From NCBI GenBank assembly GCA_011389745.1, contig JAABTQ010000004.1, positions 83,007-147,006 of the forward strand: 64,000 bases of DNA. The letters run 5' to 3'. This DNA comes from Desulfobacteraceae bacterium (lineage in GTDB: Bacteria > Desulfobacterota > Desulfobacteria > Desulfobacterales > SKZT01). Under the pieces are notes generated by a model. The model was given only the letters and a program-made list of their open reading frames with translations, had not been told where the DNA came from and did not search any database. Made by a program: the position numbers and the translations under genes. Positions 60,854 to 64,000 of the stretch are shown one piece after another (position 1 is the stretch's first letter; every line of letters begins with the position of its first letter).

Positions 60854-60892
60854 ACCAGCTTCAACCCTACCTGAAATAAATAAGGAGGTTTC

Positions 60893-62137
60893 ATGAAGTA
60901 TATTGTCATCGGCAACGGAATCGCAGGTATTCAGGCGGCTGAAACAATCCGGAAAATGGATAGTGAGGGCTCAATTACGGTGATCGGAGATGAAACCTAC
61001 TCACCTTATTGCCGTCCTATGATCAGCCTTGTGCTGGAAGGTGTTTTATCACCTGAAAAATTGGCGATACGCGGAGAAGATTTTTATGAAAAACTCCATA
61101 TCGAACCTGTGCTGGGAAACCGTGTCACCCACATCGATGTTGCCGACAGGCAGGTGATTATCGACGAAACCTCAAAAGGCGGAAGAAAAACCAGTTTTTC
61201 TTTTGATAAACTGCTGATAGCCTCCGGTGCGGATGCCCGTCCGATAAAAGCCGATGGACTTAACCTGAAAAACATTTTTTACATGCGCGGTCAGGAACAT
61301 GTTTTGAAAATGTTGGAGGCTCTAACTACAGCAAAAAGCGCGCTGGTTCTGGGCGGTGGTCTGGTGGGATTCAAGGCGGCCTATGGCCTGATGAAACGCG
61401 GGCTTGAGGTCACCATTCTGATTAAATCAGGTTATCCGCTATCCATGCAGGCGGATGAGCCGGCAGGAGACCTGATTTTGAAAGAATTGGTCAAACATGG
61501 CCTGAAGGTTTTTGTGGGTGCGGAAGTCAGTTCTTTTGAAGGCGACCGCCAGGTCACCGGGGCCCATCTTACAGATAATTCCTTTATTAAATGCGATATG
61601 GTGGTCATCGGCAAGGGTGTTTTACCCTCCTTATCGTTTGTCCCGCGAGACCAAATCAAGGTAGATCTGGGCATTATGGTCGATGAACACCTCGAAACCA
61701 GTTCATCAGAAATCTATGCTGCTGGTGATGTGGCCGAGTATGTGGATATCGCAAGAAAAACGCGATGGGTCAATGCGATCTGGCCCGAAGCGGTCAATCA
61801 AGGAAGACTCGCCGGAATGAACATGGCCGGTAGACCGGTTTCATTGAAAGGAAGCCTGAGCAGAAATGTGATTCGAATCTTTGACGTGGATGTGATGACC
61901 TGTGGACTGGTCAACCCCCCGGCTGATTCCGATCACCAGGTCATCAGTCAAATCAACCCGCGCAAAAGCCTTTACCGAAAACTGGTTTTCAAAAACGATA
62001 TTTTGGTAGGCATGGTGATGGTCAACCAGATCGATCAGGGTGGACTTTTTGCAGCCCTGATTCAAAGCGAAATCCCTGTTCGCATACCCAAAGAGTCTAT
62101 GCTGAGCTCCAGCTTTAATTACAAACAACTTATTTAA
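60893..62137 (+). CDS. FAD/NAD(P)-dependent pyridine nucleotide-disulfide-family oxidoreductase (CODH-associated type)
   Basis: IVIGNGIAGIQAAE, ALVLGGGLVGFKAA, YAAGDVAE; RBS AAGGAGG. Confidence 0.75.
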   Translation: MKYIVIGNGIAGIQAAETIRKMDSEGSITVIGDETYSPYCRPMISLVLEGVLSPEKLAIRGEDFYEKLHIEPVLGNRVTHIDVADRQVIIDETSKGGRKTSFSFDKLLIASGADARPIKADGLNLKNIFYMRGQEHVLKMLEALTTAKSALVLGGGLVGFKAAYGLMKRGLEVTILIKSGYPLSMQADEPAGDLILKELVKHGLKVFVGAEVSSFEGDRQVTGAHLTDNSFIKCDMVVIGKGVLPSLSFVPRDQIKVDLGIMVDEHLETSSSEIYAAGDVAEYVDIARKTRWVNAIWPEAVNQGRLAGMNMAGRPVSLKGSLSRNVIRIFDVDVMTCGLVNPPADSDHQVISQINPRKSLYRKLVFKNDILVGMVMVNQIDQGGLFAALIQSEIPVRIPKESMLSSSFNYKQLI

Positions 62138-62193
62138 CATTTTTCAATGAATACCGGGCTGAAATTTAACCCAAAACATTTAAGGAGGCCTTT

Positions 62194-62808
62194 ATGAAAA
62201 AGGTAGTCGTAAACCCGGAACGTTGTGTCGGTTGTATGCAGTGCATGGTTGCCTGCGCAACAGCCCATTCCAAGTCCGGGGAACTGTTTTCAGCCATATG
62301 CGAAGTTCCTTTTCCCAAACCCCGGATCCATGTGGGAGTCGGACTTTACGGCGAAGGTTTTCCAAACAGATGCAGACACTGTGATCCGGCACCGTGCATG
62401 CTCGCCTGCCTTCCGGGGGCCATTTATCGTAATGCAGATTTTGACACCGTTATGATTGACCCGGACACGTGTATTAACTGTGCATCATGTGCCATGGCAT
62501 GCCCCTTTGGTGTAATTCGATATCATGAAGATATCCATGCACCCATAAAAAAGGTTGTGGCTGTCAAGTGTGACAATTGTATCGCCCGCCAGACAAAAGG
62601 ACTTATTCCTGCCTGTGTGGAAGTCTGCAAGTCCAATGCCCTTACCTTCGAGACTTCAACCGACGCCCTTAAACGCAAAACCAACGAGGTAGCCAGAACC
62701 GTATCGGCCGAGGCAAAACAAGTCACTGCACCGGGATTTAATCTGCTGAATGCCATGAAAAAGGCTCAGACTGAATTGAAAGTCAATTGTTCAAGGAGGG
62801 GAAACTGA
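62194..62808 (+). CDS. cooF: CooF-like polyferredoxin (four [4Fe-4S] motifs)
   Basis: CVGCMQCMVAC, CRHCDPAPCMLAC, CINCASCAMACP, CDNC...CVEVC. Its stop overlaps the cooS start (TGATG). Confidence 0.8.
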   Translation: MKKVVVNPERCVGCMQCMVACATAHSKSGELFSAICEVPFPKPRIHVGVGLYGEGFPNRCRHCDPAPCMLACLPGAIYRNADFDTVMIDPDTCINCASCAMACPFGVIRYHEDIHAPIKKVVAVKCDNCIARQTKGLIPACVEVCKSNALTFETSTDALKRKTNEVARTVSAEAKQVTAPGFNLLNAMKKAQTELKVNCSRRGN

Positions 62809-64000
62809 TGAGTAAAAATTATAGTGAGAAAACAATCACCACAGATGGTCAACTGATGCTGAAAAAAGCAGAGGAAGACCAGCTTGAAACGGTATGGGAT
62901 CGGTATGAAGCCCAGCTTCCTCAGTGTGGCTACTGTGAAATGGGCTTAAGTTGCCGGATTTGTAACATGGGACCTTGCAGAATAGATCCGTTCGGAGAAG
63001 GACCTCAAAAAGGGGTTTGCGGAGCAGATGCCGATATTATCGTTGCCAGAAACCTGGGTCGTATGGTGGCATCCGGAGCGGCCTCGCACTCAGACCATGG
63101 GCGGGACCTGGTGGAAGTTTTGGAAGCTGTTGCGGAAGGAAAAGCACCTGGGTATCAAATTAAGGATGAAGAAAAGCTCAGGCGAGTCGCAGGCGAATAC
63201 GGTATCAACGCCGATGGTAAAGACATTCTTAAAATTGCAGGAGAACTTGCCCACGCCATGCAGGAGGATTTTGGCACCCGTAAGAAAAGTTTAACCCTTC
63301 TGCTACGGGCTCCGGCGGCACGCCGCAAAGTATGGGAAAATGCCGGGGTGACTCCAAGAGGCATTGACCGTGAAACATCCGAAATGATGCACCGTACACA
63401 CATGGGGGTGGATAATGGCTGGGTGAGCCTTTTGCTTCAGGCGGTTCGAAACGCTCTGTCGGACGGTTGGGGTGGCTCCATGATCGCCACCGATGTTTCG
63501 GACATTCTTTACGGAACTCCCAAACCGGTTCAAACCGCAGCCAATATGGGTGTTTTAAAGGCCGATCATGTCAACATCGTCGTTCATGGCCATAACCCAG
63601 TCGTATCCGAAATGATACTACTCGCAAGCCAGGATCCGGATATTTTGGTTTTTGCCAAATCCAAAGGGGCTGCCGGTATTAATCTGGCGGGTCTTTGCTG
63701 CACGGGAAATGAACTATTGATGCGTCATGGTGTGGCCATGGCCGGAAACCATTTGATGACCGAACTGATAATCGCCACAGGCGCGGTGGAAATGCTCTTT
63801 GTCGATTATCAGTGTATCATGCCCTCTTTGGGAAGTATTGGTGACTGCTATCATACCAAAATGATCAGCACCAGCGATAAAGCCCGGTTTCCCAATATGG
63901 AGCATCAGGAATTTCACCCTGATAATGCCGCCGCCCTTGCCAAAACATTGGTGCGAAAAGCAGTCGAGAATTTTGAAAATCGTGGTGAAGTCTATATTCC
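62808..64000 (+). CDS. cooS: Anaerobic Ni-dependent carbon monoxide dehydrogenase catalytic subunit, N-terminal ~397 aa; runs off the right edge
   Basis: Own translation from ATG 62808 (RBS AAGGAGGGG): MSKNYSEKTITT...CGYCEMGLSCRICNMGPCRI...GVCGADADIIVARN...HSDHGR...VVHGHNP...GLCCTGNELLMRHG. It is absent from the track because no stop lies in the window. Confidence 0.9.
   Translation, partial: MSKNYSEKTITTDGQLMLKKAEEDQLETVWDRYEAQLPQCGYCEMGLSCRICNMGPCRIDPFGEGPQKGVCGADADIIVARNLGRMVASGAASHSDHGRDLVEVLEAVAEGKAPGYQIKDEEKLRRVAGEYGINADGKDILKIAGELAHAMQEDFGTRKKSLTLLLRAPAARRKVWENAGVTPRGIDRETSEMMHRTHMGVDNGWVSLLLQAVRNALSDGWGGSMIATDVSDILYGTPKPVQTAANMGVLKADHVNIVVHGHNPVVSEMILLASQDPDILVFAKSKGAAGINLAGLCCTGNELLMRHGVAMAGNHLMTELIIATGAVEMLFVDYQCIMPSLGSIGDCYHTKMISTSDKARFPNMEHQEFHPDNAAALAKTLVRKAVENFENRGEVYI

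Overview
Chromosomal, non-mobile segment from an anaerobic, Desulfobacterales-like deltaproteobacterium; the taxon is inferred from gene content only. Gene order, left to right: (1) a truncated response regulator, a SAM methyltransferase and a cold-shock gene. (2) A SufB C-terminal remnant. (3) An exported rhodanese interrupted by an in-frame UGA (candidate selenoprotein), downstream of an APC-like permease. (4) A TPR-methyltransferase / GlpD / AGPS-like FAD oxidase operon, then a HEAT-repeat protein. (5) A HAMP-PP2C phosphatase, a parvulin PPIase and a PAS histidine kinase. (6) A proteostasis-rich stretch: four tandem Hsp20 genes arranged as a duplicated A-B pair, DegP/HtrA and GroES-GroEL. 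Then ribBA behind an orphan metal-type SBP, a GNAT-thiolase-GNAT operon, and a fifth Hsp20 plus Lon. (7) rlpA, gmhB, recD2 and a KAS III gene. (8) A hexaheme cytochrome c-rnfCDGEAB operon, followed by a B12/radical SAM gene. (9) A complete dcw cluster on the minus strand: mraZ-rsmH-ftsL-ftsI-murE-murF-mraY-murD-ftsW-murG-murC-murB-ftsQ-ftsA-ftsZ, with no ddl. (10) An FAD oxidoreductase-cooF-cooS module (anaerobic CODH) that runs off the right edge. By eye I found no rRNA, tRNA, CRISPR array, transposase or integrase. The best novelty candidate is the rewired Rnf complex: RnfB is fused to a GltD/NfnB-type NAD(P)H-FAD module, RnfC has lost its NADH/FMN signature motifs, and a cytochrome c gene leads the operon. 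Next come the UGA-containing rhodanese, the bacterial AGPS-GlpD pairing, the duplicated two-class sHSP array with a possible fourU thermometer, and the GNAT-thiolase-GNAT operon. All calls rest on reading the sequence and ORF translations; no database search was run.
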